Made by a program: the position numbers and the translations under genes. From the NCBI GenBank assembly GCA_900550145.1, contig URRF01000004.1:1-57467 (forward strand): a stretch of DNA of 57,467 nt, read 5' to 3'. Shown in pieces: positions 56,076 to 57,467 of this stretch (the first letter of the stretch is position 1; each line of letters starts with the position of its first letter). The stretch is from an uncultured Mollicutes bacterium (lineage in GTDB: Bacteria; Bacillota_I; Bacilli_A; RF39; UBA660). The notes below the pieces were generated by a model. It worked only from the letters and a program-made list of their open reading frames with translations, ran no database searches and had not been told where the DNA came from.

Positions 56076-57119
56076 ATGGAAGATAATAAATTAATTATAT
56101 ATAAAAATAGCGAAGGTAATATTGTAGTAGACGCTATTTATAAGGATGAAACTTTATGGTTATCACAAAAAGGAATGTCAAAGGTTTTTGAATGCTCTAC
56201 AGATAATATAAGTTTACACTTGAAACATATATTTGAAGAAAAAGAATTAGACAAAAAATCAGTTACCGAGAAATGCTCGTTAACTGCCGATGACGGAAAA
56301 AACTATAACACAACTATTTATAGTTTAGATGCTATAATTGCTGTGGGTTATAGAATTAATTCTAAAAAAGCAACAGAATTTAGAATATGGGCTACAAAAA
56401 TTTTAAAAGAATATATGACAAAAGGTTTTGCTTTAAATGATGAACGTTTTATAAATGGAAATAAATATGATACAAAATATTTTGATGAATTATTAGAACG
56501 TATCAAAACAATTAGAGTAAGTGAAAGAATGGCATATCAAAAAATTACTGATTTATTTATTGTAACAGCAGCAGATTACAATCCGAAGTCAGAAGAAGCG
56601 TATGCTTTCTTTAAAATTGTTCAAAATAAGTTGCACTATGCTATAAGCGGACATACTGCTGCAGAACTTATTTTTAAAATGGCTAATTCAAAAAAAGAGC
56701 ATATGGGGTTAACAACTTGGAAAAATTCTCCTGATGGTTTAATATATAAATATGATGTAATTATTGCAAAGAATTATTTAAACGAAGAAGAAATGAATAA
56801 TTTGAAAGATTTAACAAATTTATTTTTGGTATTTGCAGAGGATGAAGCAAAACAAAGACATGTTATGACAATGAAGGATTGGATAGATGCAACAAATGAT
56901 TTATTAAAATTTAGAAGAAAAGAAATATTAAATAATAGTGGCAGTATATCCCACATGGAAGCAGTAGAAAAAGCAGAAAAAGAATATGAAAAATTTAGGG
57001 TTATACAAGATCAAAAATATATTTCTTCAATGGATGAATTCTATAGTAAATATTTAAATGAAAAGGCTAGTTTTTCAACTAGCCTATATGCTTTTCTAAA
57101 GAAAATAAATACTGCTTAG
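56076..57119 (+). CDS. RhuM-family (virulence/Fic-associated) protein
   Basis: IIYKNSEGNIVVDAIYKDETLWLSQKGMSKVF...TIYSLDAIIAVGYRINSKKATEFRIWATKILKEY is the characteristic RhuM N-terminal region. AAGGAG RBS before ATG 56076. Confidence 0.7.
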   Translation: MEDNKLIIYKNSEGNIVVDAIYKDETLWLSQKGMSKVFECSTDNISLHLKHIFEEKELDKKSVTEKCSLTADDGKNYNTTIYSLDAIIAVGYRINSKKATEFRIWATKILKEYMTKGFALNDERFINGNKYDTKYFDELLERIKTIRVSERMAYQKITDLFIVTAADYNPKSEEAYAFFKIVQNKLHYAISGHTAAELIFKMANSKKEHMGLTTWKNSPDGLIYKYDVIIAKNYLNEEEMNNLKDLTNLFLVFAEDEAKQRHVMTMKDWIDATNDLLKFRRKEILNNSGSISHMEAVEKAEKEYEKFRVIQDQKYISSMDEFYSKYLNEKASFSTSLYAFLKKINTA

Positions 57120-57155
57120 TATCAATAACTTTTTTGGTACTTAATAGGAGGAATT

Positions 57156-57467
57156 ATGTTAAAGGTAGGAGTAATGGTTTCAGGTGGTGGAACTAATTTA
57201 CAGGCTATTATAGACGGTGTACATAGTGGAGTAATTACAAATGCTAAGTTAGAAGTTGTAATTAGCAATAAGAAAGACGCATATGCTTTAACCAGAGCAA
57301 AAGACAACGGAATTAAGGCAGAAAGCGTATGTATTAAGGATTATGCTACAAGAGATGAATTTAATAAGGCATTAATCAGAACAATAGATTCATACAATCT
57401 TGACCTGATTGTACTTGCAGGTTTTCTTGTGGTTTTACCGGAAGAATTAATTAATAAATATAGAAAC
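57156..57467 (+). CDS. purN: Phosphoribosylglycinamide formyltransferase, N-terminal 104 codons; continues past the right edge
   Basis: Own translation (not in ORF track). AGGAGGA RBS. MLKVGVMVSGGGTNLQAIIDGVHSG...DLIVLAGFL. The listed minus ORF 57122-57307 is its shadow. Confidence 0.8.
   Translation, partial: MLKVGVMVSGGGTNLQAIIDGVHSGVITNAKLEVVISNKKDAYALTRAKDNGIKAESVCIKDYATRDEFNKALIRTIDSYNLDLIVLAGFLVVLPEELINKYRN

Noticed and set aside
57065-57467. Second assembly junction at the right end (hairpin at 57065-57084, slightly higher GC in purN)
   Set aside because: The purN fragment has a normal RBS and AT-rich Firmicute codon usage, and conserved genes elsewhere in the window (ppdK, ftsK) are similarly less AT-rich. 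The evidence is insufficient for a junction.

Overview
The window is almost entirely a very AT-rich Bacillota (Firmicutes)-type chromosome segment using the standard code (TGA is a stop, TGG is Trp). It holds about 50 genes, nearly all on the + strand. Core genes: trmB, mutL, miaA, rpsT, deoD, an M16 peptidase pair, a CBS-type family II pyrophosphatase, a divergent SOD, nrdD/nrdG, tmk, ftsK, a Xer recombinase, ppdK, rimM-trmD-rplS-lepB and a partial purN, plus tRNA-Arg(CCT) and tRNA-Met(CAT). The first ~1.5 kb is different: a visibly more GC-rich, Bacteroidota-like GH2 glycosidase on the minus strand (absent from the ORF track) abuts a 5-prime-truncated Firmicute gene, which most likely marks an assembly chimera. 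The stand-out accessory block is a compact type IV secretion gene set at 4.1-13.1 kb: VirB6-like, PrgI/VirB3-like, VirB4 in two pieces, a membrane/M23 hydrolase fusion and a VirD4 coupling protein. It has no relaxase, integrase or att repeats and lies between trmB and mutL. A rhodanese plus orphan oversized type IV pilin cassette follows it, bracketed by a duplicated mutL initiation region. Other notable items: (1) the nrdD glycyl-radical motif sits on a separate 52-codon ORF created by a diverged 97-nt tandem duplication; (2) an alarmone-hydrolase-like HD domain is fused to a dNK-like P-loop kinase; (3) an XRE-CYTH fusion; (4) a destroyed second rhuM copy supplies the stop codon of a neighbouring gene; (5) a decayed pseudogene lies next to tRNA-Met. 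No CRISPR array, rRNA, transposase or IS element was seen. All functional calls come from reading motifs by eye, and no database search was run.
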